A stretch of 64,000 nucleotides of DNA from Ascoidea asiatica JCM 7603 (GCA_001600695.1 BCKQ01000016.1:117151-181150); one strand, 5' to 3'; positions 12,081-23,172 are shown, counted from the stretch's first letter. Notes: generated from the letters alone by a model not told the origin. Numbers and translations: made by a program.

Positions 12081-13021
12081 TCTTGAATTGAATTCACCTA
12101 AAAGTACGAAATATTTAGTAGGATTCTTTTCAAATATAAATAAGTATCTAGTAAGTAGTACTTTTGAAAGTTAATTGTCTCTCCTCTTTTTTCTTCTCCA
12201 AAAAAATGAAGCACAAGGAGTGAATTAACTGGGTAAATCTAATTGGATTCATTTATCTTCAGATGAAAAGGTTCATTTCTTTCATCCACCGAAACAAGGC
12301 AAAACGCAAGAAAAATTTGACCGACAAAGAGAAGCGCAAAGCAAGTCACGCTGCCCGTACCAACTCCACTATTTCAGCACCGCAACAATTTCACTTTTGC
12401 GACGAGCTTTTGCGCTCTTGCCTCTGAATTCGAGGTTGAGGAATGGGGGTTTGAGTTTTTGGGGTTTGAATTTTTTGGGGTCTGCAAAAACAATTTTAAT
12501 TCGATTTCACAATAACGTTAAAAATTAATTACTTAACGTTTAACGGTTAGTCAATTAACAATCGTCAACGGTTTTGTAATTGAATCTAATTAACTCAATT
12601 AGTCACTTATTAATCACTTATTAATCACTTATTAATCACTTGATAAATAAGTCAATCAATGAATCAAAGAAAGCGAGTGAATAAAAATCAGAAAAACATA
12701 ATTAGTTCAATTCAATATTTTGGTTGGAAAAGTTACTCAGTTGATTTTTTCACATTCATTTTACTAGAACTACTCTAAATTTTGAATAAATAATGGTAGA
12801 CAAAACTGTATTAAAATATCATTGGTCTCTAAGAGTAAAATAAGAATTTACCAAAACAATAAAAAAATGAAACAAAAAAAAGTCATAAAAAGTCATTAAC
12901 TGAAATGAAATAGAACAATCTATTCCACATGCAATAAATAAAAGCATTGATACCGGCATTAATAAAATAAGTAAATAAAAGCAAGAAATGAAAGAAGTGT
13001 TTTTTTTTTCCTTCTCTAACA

Positions 13022-14623
13022 CTAAACTGACATATTAGAATCATTAGATGTTTCAGCTTTCAAATTGGAATTAAATTTAGCTAATTCATCAGCATGATCT
13101 TTATTAAGTTGCTGGGTTTTTTCTAAACTTGGTTTGAAATTTGATGATTGCCATGCATATTTATATTCATCATACATTACATCAACATCTTCTAATGTCA
13201 TGTTTTTAGTTTCATAAATTGTTAAATATGCAAATAAAACACATAAAACATTGCATCCACCCCAAATAAAATAAACTCTAGTTCCTAAATCTGCATTACC
13301 TTTACCAGAATCAATCATATATGGTGTAGCATATGCAATACCAAAATTCCATAACCAGTTTGATGCTGTTGCCATTGAAACTGATTTTGCTCTAGTTCTT
13401 AATGGATAAAGTTCTCCAACAATAACCCAAGCTACTGGACCCCAAGTTGCTGCAAAAAATGCAATAAAAATACATGCAAATGCAATTAAACAATTATTTG
13501 CAGGACCAGAATTTGCACATTCACCAACAATTGCAATAATAAGATCTGCAATTGACATACCAACTGCTCCCCAAATTAATAATGGTCTTCTACCAACGAC
13601 TTCAATCAAATAAATACCTGGAATTGTCATAATCATATTGACAACATTGGTAATAACCGTAACTGTAAATGCGTTTTTAATACCTGCATTACCAAAAAAA
13701 GTTGTACCATAATAGAATATAAAATTAATACCTGTTAATTGTTGAAACATTTGTAAAGAAGTACCTGTAATAAGTCTTTTTAATTGAGAATTTGATTTTT
13801 TAAAACAGTCAAACCATGTGGAATCTCCAATTGAACATTCATAATCATAATTTGCTTTAATTTCATCGTATTCTTCTTCAATTTCTTTATGACCTAAAGG
13901 TAATTCTCTTAATCTTGAAAGTGATTTTTTAGCTTCTTCTTCATTACCTTTATGAATCCAAAATCTTGGAGTATCTGGTAAAAAAATCATACCAATACCT
14001 AAAATTAATGACCATAAAAATTGTAAACCGATTGGAATTCTATATGAACCAGAATTATTTTTATTTTGTGTACCTTTTTCAACACATGCAGCTAAGAAAA
14101 TACCAATAGTTATAGCAAATTGATAACAGGAAACAATTGCACCACGAACTGATTTGGGAACTGTTTCTGATTGATATAATGGAATTGTGGCAGAAATAAA
14201 ACCTAAACCTAAACCTGCAATTGCTCTACCTGCAGCTAATAATGCAATTGAAGTTGAGGCAGTTTGAAGAATAACACCAAGATTAAAAATAAAAAATGAT
14301 GAAAGAATTAAGGTCCATCTACGACCTAAGGTATCAGCAAGTAAAGGAGCTAATAATGAACCAAAAAAAGTACCAGCAGATAATATAGAAACAATTAATG
14401 AATGTTCAGAAGATGAAAAATCTGTATGATTGCTTGGAAATGTCTTTTTAACATAATCCATAGCCATTACACCTGATATTGAACCAGTATCATATCCATA
14501 AAGAATACCACCAAATGAAGCAAACAAACCAACTAATATAGAAACTTTTAAAGAAGCTTCAGATGATTTTTCAGGTGGAGAATAGAATTTTGTCCAGAAT
14601 TTGGAATTAATAAATTTTTTCAT
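13022..14623 (-). CDS. MFS sugar porter, high-affinity glucose transporter of the Snf3/Rgt2/Hgt-related group, without a sensor tail
   Basis: GGILYGYDTG, DTLGRR, PLYQSET, QQLTGINFIFYYG, ELYPLRTR and YETK motifs; about 12 hydrophobic segments; short C-terminus. Confidence 0.92.
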   Translation of the reverse strand: MKKFINSKFWTKFYSPPEKSSEASLKVSILVGLFASFGGILYGYDTGSISGVMAMDYVKKTFPSNHTDFSSSEHSLIVSILSAGTFFGSLLAPLLADTLGRRWTLILSSFFIFNLGVILQTASTSIALLAAGRAIAGLGLGFISATIPLYQSETVPKSVRGAIVSCYQFAITIGIFLAACVEKGTQNKNNSGSYRIPIGLQFLWSLILGIGMIFLPDTPRFWIHKGNEEEAKKSLSRLRELPLGHKEIEEEYDEIKANYDYECSIGDSTWFDCFKKSNSQLKRLITGTSLQMFQQLTGINFIFYYGTTFFGNAGIKNAFTVTVITNVVNMIMTIPGIYLIEVVGRRPLLIWGAVGMSIADLIIAIVGECANSGPANNCLIAFACIFIAFFAATWGPVAWVIVGELYPLRTRAKSVSMATASNWLWNFGIAYATPYMIDSGKGNADLGTRVYFIWGGCNVLCVLFAYLTIYETKNMTLEDVDVMYDEYKYAWQSSNFKPSLEKTQQLNKDHADELAKFNSNLKAETSNDSNMSV

Positions 14624-14897
14624 TATTGATTAAAATTTTTTAATAAAAGTTAGCTAGATTGAAATATTAAATATGTTAATAATTGAAAAATGATTGAAAA
14701 ATAATTGGATATTTGAAAGTATTTATAATTGAAAGTAATTATAATAAATAGTTTTTAGTAATAATATTTTGTAATTTTTTCTAAAAAATATAAAGTTTTA
14801 TAATTTATAATAGTAGAATATAATAATTTGATAATGAGTAAAAATGAAAAAAAAATCCTGAGAAAAATGTAAAATTTAAACAGAACTATCTGGATCA

Positions 14898-15554
14898 TTT
14901 TATATCAATTTCTGTAAACTAACCCCACAAGATAATTTATTTCCCCATATTTTCTCCAAATCATGGTAGGTGGCTGAAATCATAACAGTAGTGGTAATAT
15001 TTTTTTTTTTTTTTCCCCATAAAGAAATAATTCAGATAAAAATTATTATTAGTAAAAGCAGTTGTTAATCCAAACTCATGAAAATGGTAATGACCTACAA
15101 TTCAATGAGCTCTCAAATATTCAGGTTTGCAAAAATGAATATATTATACCCTACTGTTATTTCAAACCACAAGAACATGACCCCATTATATTATTTTTAC
15201 AATGAAAAAGTCATTGAAATTTCTAGTTTTTCCGCTCCTATAATATACATCTAAAGTTTCAAGCAATCGGAATAACCTATAGCGGAAGCAATTCGGAACA
15301 AAAAACTATTCTACCAATCACGGCTTTTCAGAACCCCTTCCACCGGGACATGCAGCGCAGTACAGATCAGTTTATGCAGATTGAGAGACCACGGATCATT
15401 CCTCGGATCATTCAGTTAAGAGTATTTGCATACTTTTGATGATGACAGGAAACTTATGATTTTGCAGAAAGCATAGTAAACTACTCAGTAGTATAATTAG
15501 TTGAGTGATTGGCACCTTATTTGACATGGGATATCTGAGAGAATACATATTCCG
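14898..15554 (-). promoter_or_regulatory. Glucose-responsive promoter of the transporter: Rgt1-type CGGANNA cluster, Mig1-type site, TATA
   Basis: CGGANNA on either strand at 15228, 15268, 15294, 15392, 15404 and 15548. CCCCAC plus an AT-rich flank at 14923. TATAAAA on the minus strand near 14900. This matches known HXT promoter grammar. Confidence 0.6.
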
Positions 15555-15838
15555 TTGAAAATAAATCTTGAAATAGTAAAGTTCATTCCAAAAAAATCAA
15601 TTTTTCAGTATTACTTTTGGTTCTATGTTTTGAACTTATAACTATTCTTTTTTGAATTTCCTTCAATACTGTTCACGAATCATAGAGCTAGTTTTACAAA
15701 AAGAGAGACAAAAATAAAAATAATTACAAACATAAACGATAGTGTCATTCTTTTTTTTTTGACTAGATTCTTTTTACCAAGGAGATCATGTAAGTATTAA
15801 AATTGAAAAAATAAGTTGAATTCAATTTAAAAAAAAAA

Positions 15839-15912
15839 TGATTTTGCCCAGGATCGAACAGGGGACGTTCTGCGTGTTAAGCAGATGCCATAACCAACTA
15901 GACCACAAAACC
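15839..15912 (-). tRNA. tRNA-Val (AAC)
   Basis: Reverse complement GGTTTTGTGGTCTAGTTGGTTATGGCATCTGCTTAACACGCAGAACGTCCCCTGTTCGATCCTGGGCAAAATCA is near-identical to yeast tV(AAC). A and B boxes are present, followed by a T-run terminator. Confidence 0.97.
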
Positions 15913-16022
15913 TTATTAGAAAGTCCAGCCGACGAACTAGAATTCTTACAAGACATGCCTAGACAAAATCATTCCAAGAAAAGGAAAAAAAACAAAAAAA
16001 GAAAGGGAGAAAAAAAGAAAAT

Positions 16023-16114
16023 TGAAACTGACAGGAATTGAACCTGCAGCCCTTCGATTGCAACTCAATCATTCAGAACTGGAGTCGAAAGCTCTACCAT
16101 TGAGCCACAGCTTC
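16023..16114 (-). tRNA. tRNA-Trp (CCA) with a 20-nt intron (16059-16078)
   Basis: GAAGCTGTGGCTCAATGGTAGAGCTTTCGACTCCAG[TTCTGAATGATTGAGTTGCA]ATCGAAGGGCTGCAGGTTCAATTCCTGTCAGTTTCA; canonical 37/38 intron position; T6 terminator downstream. Confidence 0.97.
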
Positions 16115-16343
16115 ATTTCTTGAACTTTGAGTTTGGTGATAACTTTAACAGAATTTAAACATGGCTGCTTGTAGCCCTGAAATGGGAGGAATAGTTAGTT
16201 CTTAGATACAATTGATGAATTTTTTCTTTTGAATTTGTTGTGTCTTAATTCTATTCTTAATATAAGTGAAAATTATCTATTAATCATCTATATTTAAGTT
16301 AGTTTAATAGTATTATTTAATAAATTTCTGGATTTTTTTTTAA

Positions 16344-17651
16344 TTACCTTGGAGTTATAATTATATTTTTACCAATTACTTTTCTTTTTGCATACTTCAT
16401 TATGAATCTATCAATTTTCATTTTTTGATTATTTAAATTATTAATTAATAAATCGTCAATAAATGGTTTAATTTCAACTAAATTCCAAGAATTTTTAAAT
16501 TGAAATAATTGTTTAAATCTTAATTTTGGATCATTTGATAAAATATCTTTTGAAAAAAATTTAATTTTATCATTATTTAAAATTATATAATAACCATTTA
16601 AATAATTTAAATTTATTGAAATTGAATAAAAATTAGGTATTAAAGATTTCCAATTAATTAAAAAATCTTGTTTATTTATATTAGATTTATTTGCAAATAA
16701 ATTTAAAGCTTTTAGTCCATAATATTTTGAGATTTTTAAATCATTAAATTTATATTTTATATCATTATTATTATCATTATTATTATCATTACTATTATGA
16801 TTTGAATTTCTTAATGCAAATTTATTCAAAATTGATTGAATTATATTTTTATTTAATAAAATTTTTTCACTTATATCATTTGATTGAATTAAATTGAAAA
16901 TTTGATCAATTGAAATATAATCATTATAAATATTATATTGATTAGTTGAAATTAATAATTTAATTAAATAATTTAAAGAATTAAAAATTAAATCATCAGA
17001 TAAAATTACAGCAATATTATTAATAGAATTATAACTTTTATCAACATCAATATTACAGCCAGATGATTCATACCAAAGTTTATTAAATTGAGAAATTGAT
17101 AAAGTTGATTGATTTTTAAATTGGTTTAAAGAAACTAAATTATTAGTTTTATTTTTAATAATTTCATCTAAATTATATCCATTAAATATTGGTAATATAT
17201 CAATATTCAAATTAAAATCGTTTTTCAAAATTAATTCAAAATGAGAAGTTAAGGAAGTAAATGAAATTAACGATTTTTGATCATTATTTTCCAAATCATC
17301 ATCACTATCACCACCATTAGCATTATCATTATCATTATCATTATCATTATCATTATCATTATCATTATCATTATCATTATCATTATCATTATCATTATCA
17401 TTATTTATAAATTTATTAACTAATAATGTATTAGAATGTTTTTTTAACCTCATTTGAAAAGTTTTTGAATTTGAAACTAAAACCATATCATCTAAATTAT
17501 TTGAAGATTTGAAAAATAATTTCTCATTTCCAGATTCAATTATTTCAATCAAATCATCATTCAATTCAATTGTTTTCAAAGAATTATCAAAATTCAAACA
17601 AGAATATAAATCGAAAGTTGATAAAGATGTACCAGAACCAATATTACTCAT
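16344..17651 (-). CDS. DCC1: Sister chromatid cohesion protein Dcc1 (Ctf18-RFC subunit)
   Basis: MVLVSNSKTFQMRLKKHSNTLL, FLINWKSLIP, LSNDPKLRFKQLF...WNLVEIKPFI and IDRFIMKYAKRK motifs of Dcc1. An SCB/MCB-like ACGCGAAA lies upstream at 17827. Confidence 0.9.
   Translation of the reverse strand: MSNIGSGTSLSTFDLYSCLNFDNSLKTIELNDDLIEIIESGNEKLFFKSSNNLDDMVLVSNSKTFQMRLKKHSNTLLVNKFINNDNDNDNDNDNDNDNDNDNDNDNDNDNANGGDSDDDLENNDQKSLISFTSLTSHFELILKNDFNLNIDILPIFNGYNLDEIIKNKTNNLVSLNQFKNQSTLSISQFNKLWYESSGCNIDVDKSYNSINNIAVILSDDLIFNSLNYLIKLLISTNQYNIYNDYISIDQIFNLIQSNDISEKILLNKNIIQSILNKFALRNSNHNSNDNNNDNNNDIKYKFNDLKISKYYGLKALNLFANKSNINKQDFLINWKSLIPNFYSISINLNYLNGYYIILNNDKIKFFSKDILSNDPKLRFKQLFQFKNSWNLVEIKPFIDDLLINNLNNQKMKIDRFIMKYAKRKVIGKNIIITPR
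17322..17402. repeat. (ATTATC)n hexamer encoding an Asp-Asn repeat inside DCC1
   Basis: Perfect tandem hexamers, about 13 units. Confidence 0.95.
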
Positions 17652-18000
17652 TTTATCAATTTAATAATCTAAAATAAAAAAAATACATTAACTAAACATT
17701 GAATAAACTAAAGCAATCCTTTTCGAATAATATCATAAATTGTATTGAAATTTGTATTGAAATTTGAATTGAAATTTGTATTGAAAATTGCCAAATTATT
17801 GATTTAATTTATTTTAAACAGAAACAACGCGAAACTTTAAATTTCCACAAACAGAAGATCCTTAAACCTGGCGACAATAAAAGAGACCCGGAATTCTGGC
17901 GACATTTTGAGTGTAGAATGAGGTAGTAAGAGGCGTGGAAATGCACCCACTTTAGTGGTTCTGAAAATTATTAGAAAAACAAAGATCACATGTATTGTAC

Positions 18001-18195
18001 TAGGGCTCTGCCTTTGAATATTTTTTTTTGAATGATAGTTTGAGAGAAAGCTAGAAATGTGCCCTAGGTTTCTGGCTGCGGCTACCGTGACTTGTTTCTG
18101 CTGTTCCACGTGCTGCTGTTTTTTTTTTGTGTTGCTCAGCTGCATTTGTGGGCAGGGCTCCGGCGTGGAAGTTCTTGGTGTGGGCCAGAGCCCTG
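18001..18195. promoter_or_regulatory. Tbf1/Cbf1-type ribosomal protein promoter elements in the DCC1-RPL13 divergent promoter
   Basis: Inverted pairs TAGGGCT (18001)/GCCCTA (18061) and CAGGGCT (18153)/AGCCCTG (18189); CACGTG at 18107; IFHL-like TCTGCCT at 18007. Confidence 0.45.
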
Positions 18196-18432
18196 CCGTG
18201 GGCTGGATTGCAGTGTTGGATTTGTATTGGCCTGCGAAAAGCCTGCAAAATCCTCCAAGACCATGAATATTGAATATTGAATATTGAATATTGACTATTG
18301 GATAATGAATTGATGAATATTGAAGAAGGTAATTTTCAATATCGTTGTTAATATATATTAAAATAATTTTGAAATACAATAGTTTTGGATTGAATTATCA
18401 AGTTGAATAAGTAAAAATTGGAATAATTAAAA

Positions 18433-19545
18433 ATGGGTATGTTCATATTCAAGATAAGACTTTGAATTACAATGAAATAAGGATTTAAAATCATGAATGA
18501 AAATAATTAAGCATTAAAGATTAAATTCAAATAAATAAATAAATAAATAAATCAATGAGAAATATTACAAATTAGAGATAAAAAAAAAGGATTGTTAAGA
18601 AATTTTAGTAACTTTACTTGAACTTTAATAAGTCAATCATTTTCAAAAGGTTTTTAAATTTTTTAAAATTTAGCAAATTTCAATAAAAAATTAGTTCATT
18701 TGTTTCAATATTTACGAAATAACAAACAAATCAAAATCAAAATCAAAATTAAAAAGAAAGAAAATGAAATAACTTAACTATTATTTATAGATTTCTTAAA
18801 TATATTTTTATTTATTATAATAAGCAAAAAAAGAATTTATTTTATTTTAATTTGATTTTCAAATTTTCAAATTTTCAAATATACTAACATATTATAACAA
18901 TTTTTTATTAAATTTTTTTTAAAAATAAATATAGCTATTGGAAAAAATTACCCACTTGTAAAAAATCATTTTAAAAAACATTGGCAGGAACGTGTCAAAG
19001 TTCATTTTGATCAAGCTGGTAAAAAAAGTTCAAGAAGAATTGCAAGAGGTAAAAAAGCAGCATTATTTGCACCAAAACCAATTGATTTGTTAAGACCAAT
19101 TGTTAGAGCACCAACATTAAAATATAATAGAAAAGTTAGATCAGGTAAAGGATTTACAAAAGAAGAATTAAAAGCAGTTAATTTTTCAAAAGCTTATGCA
19201 AGAAGTATTGGAATTTCTGTTGATCATAGAAGAAGTAATAAATCAGAAGAAGGATTTAAATTAAATGTTGAAAGATTAAAGAATTATAAATCTAAATTAA
19301 TTATTTTTCCAATTAATGGTAAAATTTCTAAAGTTGAAAATTCAATTTTAAAAAGTTCTAATGGATTTCCAATTAATCAAATTTCAACAGATGTTGAATC
19401 AAGATCAGTTGAAATTACTAAAGGTCCAACAGCATTTGAAACTTTAAGAAAATTAAGATCAGATAAAAAACATTTTGGTGTTAGAGTTAAAAGAGCTAAA
19501 GAAAAAGCCGAAGCAGAAGCTGAAAAGAAAAATAAAAAGAAATAA
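18433..19545 (+). CDS. RPL13: 60S ribosomal protein L13 (eL13), spliced: join(18433..18436,18935..19545)
   Basis: ATGG|GTATGT donor at 18437, TACTAAC at 18882, TAG acceptor ending at 18934. The spliced product [32 protein letters not shown]... matches eL13, with the same intron position as S. cerevisiae RPL13. Confidence 0.96.
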
Positions 19546-19775
19546 ATAAATAAATAAATAAATTAATTAATTAATAGATTAGTATATAATATATATATAT
19601 ATCAATTGTAATTATTTTTATATTTATATTTATATTTATATTTATTTTTAATTTTATTTTCAATTTATCAAATTTTTACATATATTTTAAATAAATATAT
19701 TTTCAAAGTATATTTTATATAAGTGTATTTTATAAAAGTAAACAAATGAATTTTTGAATCAGCAAAGTTATATAT

Positions 19776-19811
<36 letters not shown>

Positions 19812-19842
19812 TTATGTTGTTATGTTGTTATGTTGTATTGAA

Positions 19843-20568
19843 TTAGAGATGAGAAGTATTACTTTGATCATTTATCTCATTTTTGTCTTTATCATCTTTG
19901 TCTTTGTCTTTGTTGTCTTTGTCTTTGTTGTCTTTATTGTCTTTATCATCTTTATCTTTATCTTTATCATTATCTTGTATATCTATATCTATATCTACGT
20001 CATCATCATCATCATAATTTTCTTTATATTCATGATTAAGATTACGTTTATTATTATTATTATTATCATCATCATCAGATTCAGATTCGGATTCTTTTAA
20101 GAATTCATTAATTTTATTTGAATATTGTAAATCTAAAGGAGATAATTTACTTGGATCATCATCATCATGATTTTTATATTGTAACCAAAATAAATTTTTT
20201 GAACCAGAACTTAAATAAGATAAACTAAAAACTCTACCAGATTTACAAGATTTTATATGTTCCCAAACTGAATCACCAGGAATTAATAATAATTCATTAT
20301 CACTATCATTATTATTATTCTTTTTGTTTTTATTATTTTCTTTTGTAATGGAATTAGAAGATCTTGGAGACCAATTGAATTGAAACCAATTTATACTTTC
20401 ATCATCAGGATCAACAGCAGCATTATCATCATCAAATTCTTCAATATTATGACATTTAGTTATAGTAATTTTACCTTTAATTGAAGAAGGAGTACAAATT
20501 TTTGAATTTTCATCATAATTTACTTTACCAGCAAAAAAAGATATTATTGGAGGAGATTGAGAAGTCAT
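19843..20568 (-). CDS. RPN13: Proteasome ubiquitin receptor Rpn13 (Pru domain) with an acidic D/K low-complexity tail
   Basis: FFAGKV, CTPSSIKGKI, FNWSPR, LLLIPGD, CKSGRVFSLSYLSSGSKNLFWLQ Pru-domain motifs. Confidence 0.92.
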   Translation of the reverse strand: MTSQSPPIISFFAGKVNYDENSKICTPSSIKGKITITKCHNIEEFDDDNAAVDPDDESINWFQFNWSPRSSNSITKENNKNKKNNNNDSDNELLLIPGDSVWEHIKSCKSGRVFSLSYLSSGSKNLFWLQYKNHDDDDPSKLSPLDLQYSNKINEFLKESESESDDDDNNNNNKRNLNHEYKENYDDDDDVDIDIDIQDNDKDKDKDDKDNKDNKDKDNKDKDKDDKDKNEINDQSNTSHL

Positions 20569-20712
20569 AATGAATAAAACTGAAATGAAATAAAAAGTAT
20601 TGTAATAGTATTTAATTACTTTAACTTAAATGAATTTAATTGAATTATTATATTATATTATATTGTTTATTGAATATAATTATTGAATATACAGTATTTG
20701 TTTGTTATTCAT

Positions 20713-20721
20713 ATTGCCACT
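20713..20721 (-). promoter_or_regulatory. Rpn4/PACE-like element upstream of RPN13
   Basis: AGTGGCAAT on the minus strand, about 145 bp upstream of the ATG; a variant of GGTGGCAAA, in the expected gene class. Confidence 0.55.
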
Positions 20722-20947
20722 AAGATTTAATTGAAATAAGAACGGAAATAGAATGTAATGTAATATAAATATTGAATCCTTAGCGCGGTAGATGCTTACG
20801 TTAACACGGATCTATTTACTTGGTAAATCAATTGCTTACTTTGTTATTCAGTTATTTAGTTATTTAATAGATAATTGGAAAGCGAATTGGAAAGTGGTTG
20901 GTAAGTGATAAGTGAATTGAAGAAACAAAGAAGAAACAAAGAAGAAG

Positions 20948-21469
20948 ATGGAGTTTCCTGGAGAAGATATTAAAGAGATAATAATAAAAATTGGAAATAT
21001 ATTAATAGAAAGAAAAGAAAGTATTGCAATTTCAGAAGGAGCATGTGGTGGATTAATGTCAGCATATTTAGTTTCATTACCAGGAGCATCTAAATATTTT
21101 CAAGGAAGCACATTATTGTATAGTTTGAAATCCAAATTAAAGATCAATGGATGGACAAAAGAAGAAATCGAAAATTACACAGGACCAAGTTTAAAAGTAG
21201 CAAGAAGATTGGCCAGAAACTTGAGAATAGAACTTGGATCAAGTTATGTTTTATCAGAGACCGGATTTGCAGGAGCTTCAGAGGAGATTGAAGAAAGTGA
21301 AGTGGGAACAGTTTACCTCGCAGTGGCCGGGCCTGGTGGCGAAGAGTCCGTTGTGAAACAGACGAAGACGAAAGACCGGTCGCAGAACATGCAGCAGTTT
21401 GCCAGGTTGGGGCTTCTTTTCTTTCTCCAGGTGTTGGAGCAGCAGCAAAAGAAGCAGAAGCACAAATAA
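20948..21469 (+). CDS. Stand-alone CinA C-terminal/PncC-like domain protein
   Basis: ESIAISEGACGGL, PGASKYFQG...YS and SETGFAG...VGTVYLAVAGP motifs of the CinA_C/PncC fold. Confidence 0.88.
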   Translation: MEFPGEDIKEIIIKIGNILIERKESIAISEGACGGLMSAYLVSLPGASKYFQGSTLLYSLKSKLKINGWTKEEIENYTGPSLKVARRLARNLRIELGSSYVLSETGFAGASEEIEESEVGTVYLAVAGPGGEESVVKQTKTKDRSQNMQQFARLGLLFFLQVLEQQQKKQKHK

Positions 21470-21885
21470 AATAGTTACAGTCACACTAGTTACACTAAAT
21501 AGCGACACTGACACTAACAGTAATCTGGTCAATTGCAATTGCAGTGGTTCTATTTCAGTGTGTTTGATCGAGTGCGGTGCCACGTGACCGTAGCCTCTCC
21601 CTTGGTGGCGTTATGCGCTTTGTTCTCTTTGTTCTGTGCTTTGTTTGTTTTTCTGGTCCTTGTCTGCGTGTGGCGTGTGGCGAGTTTCTGTTTCGTGTGC
21701 TTCGTCCTCTGCTTCGTCCTCTGCTTCTTCTGCTGCTGACGCTTCACTCACACTTTCATTCTCCATTGCTATATATATCTCTCTTTATCCCCTTTCTCTT
21801 TCTCTTTTTCTCTCTTCTCATTTCCATTTTATTCATCATTCACTTCACTTCTCTTTTCTTGAATATTCATCGTTGTTTTCTCAAA

Positions 21886-23172
21886 ATGACAATGCCAAAT
21901 ACAACTTCAAATGAAAATACAAATCAAATTAATAATAATATTAATCAATTACCAACAAAAGAAGAATCTTCAAAAAAAATTGCAAAACAAATTTTAAATA
22001 ATTCAAGAATTGAAGATATTATTCAATATGAAAATATTTTAAAAAGAAGAGGTTTATCAATTAATAAAGCAATTAATTTATCCTCAAATTTAGATAATCC
22101 AATTTTAAATAATTCAATTTTAAATAATTCAATCTCAAATCAATTAAATTTAGAAAATAATAATCAAAATTTAATTAATGATAAAAATAATAATATAAAT
22201 ACAGAACCTAATTCCCAATCAAATTCTAATTCTAATCAAAAGGTTAAAGTTACTTTACCAATTCAATATAATTCAAATTTTTTAAACATTTTAATTAATA
22301 ATAATTTTATAAATTTAATTTTATTTTATATTTATCATTTTATTTTAATTTCTTTAATTTTTACATATTCAATATTTAGAATTTTTCAATTTTTTAAAAA
22401 TAAATTAAAATTATTATTCTTAAAAATTTCTTATAATAATTTAAATAATTCTTCAAAAATTATTAGAAATGATATTTTAAAATTAAATAAATTACCAAAA
22501 AAAATTTCAATTATACTTAATGAAAATAATAATATTAAATTAATTGATAATTCATCAGATTTTATAATTTGGAATTTATCTTCTGGTATAAAATTTATCT
22601 CAATTTATGATCAATTTTCAATTCTTAAAAAAAATTTAAATATTTTAAATTTAAAATTATCTTTAAATAAAAAATTATTATTAAATTTTAATATTAAAAA
22701 TTTACCAAATTATATTATTAAAATTCCTTCTTTAAATTATATTTATTCTTCTTCAAATCAATTCATTCAATTATCAATTGATGATAATCAAGAAGAACAA
22801 CAACAACAACAACAAAAACTTTATTTTAATGATTCATTACCTTTAATTGAAATTACTTTATTAAGTGAAATTGATGGTAGAAATACAATTGTAAATTTAA
22901 CAAAATCTTTGGCAAAATTAAATAATAAAAAAATTTTAAATTTAAATGATATTAATGTAAATTTAATTGATAATAAATTATCAAATTTAATTGGTATTGA
23001 ACCTGATTTATTAATTTTATTTACTCCATATTTAGATTTAAAAAATTATCCTCCATGGCATTTAAGATTATCTGAAATTTATTATGAACCTGATAATAAT
23101 GATTTTAATTATTCAATTTATTTAAGAGCTCTACAAAAATTTTCAACTGTTAAATTTAATATCGGTAAATAA
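21886..23172 (+). CDS. NUS1: Dehydrodolichyl diphosphate synthase subunit Nus1
   Basis: IIRNDILKLNKLPKKIS, SIYD, LLSEIDGRNTIVNLTK, EPDLLI, YPPWHLRLSEIY and C-terminal NIGK. The likely start is ATG 21886 (or 21892); the ORF-track GTG at 21577 runs through promoter sequence. Confidence 0.92.
   Translation: MTMPNTTSNENTNQINNNINQLPTKEESSKKIAKQILNNSRIEDIIQYENILKRRGLSINKAINLSSNLDNPILNNSILNNSISNQLNLENNNQNLINDKNNNINTEPNSQSNSNSNQKVKVTLPIQYNSNFLNILINNNFINLILFYIYHFILISLIFTYSIFRIFQFFKNKLKLLFLKISYNNLNNSSKIIRNDILKLNKLPKKISIILNENNNIKLIDNSSDFIIWNLSSGIKFISIYDQFSILKKNLNILNLKLSLNKKLLLNFNIKNLPNYIIKIPSLNYIYSSSNQFIQLSIDDNQEEQQQQQQKLYFNDSLPLIEITLLSEIDGRNTIVNLTKSLAKLNNKKILNLNDINVNLIDNKLSNLIGIEPDLLILFTPYLDLKNYPPWHLRLSEIYYEPDNNDFNYSIYLRALQKFSTVKFNIGK

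Noticed and set aside
12098-12160. Possible 5'-UTR intron of EHD3 (TACTAAA...TTTTAG on the minus strand)
   Set aside because: The branch site is imperfect and no convincing donor lies upstream.
17837-18379. Short ORFs in GC-rich intergenic islands (also 21278-21914, 24750-25298, 36400-36713, 40459-41053, 58417-59088)
   Set aside because: Multiple overlapping frames, no recognisable domains and atypical codon usage; explained by stop-codon scarcity in GC-rich promoter DNA.
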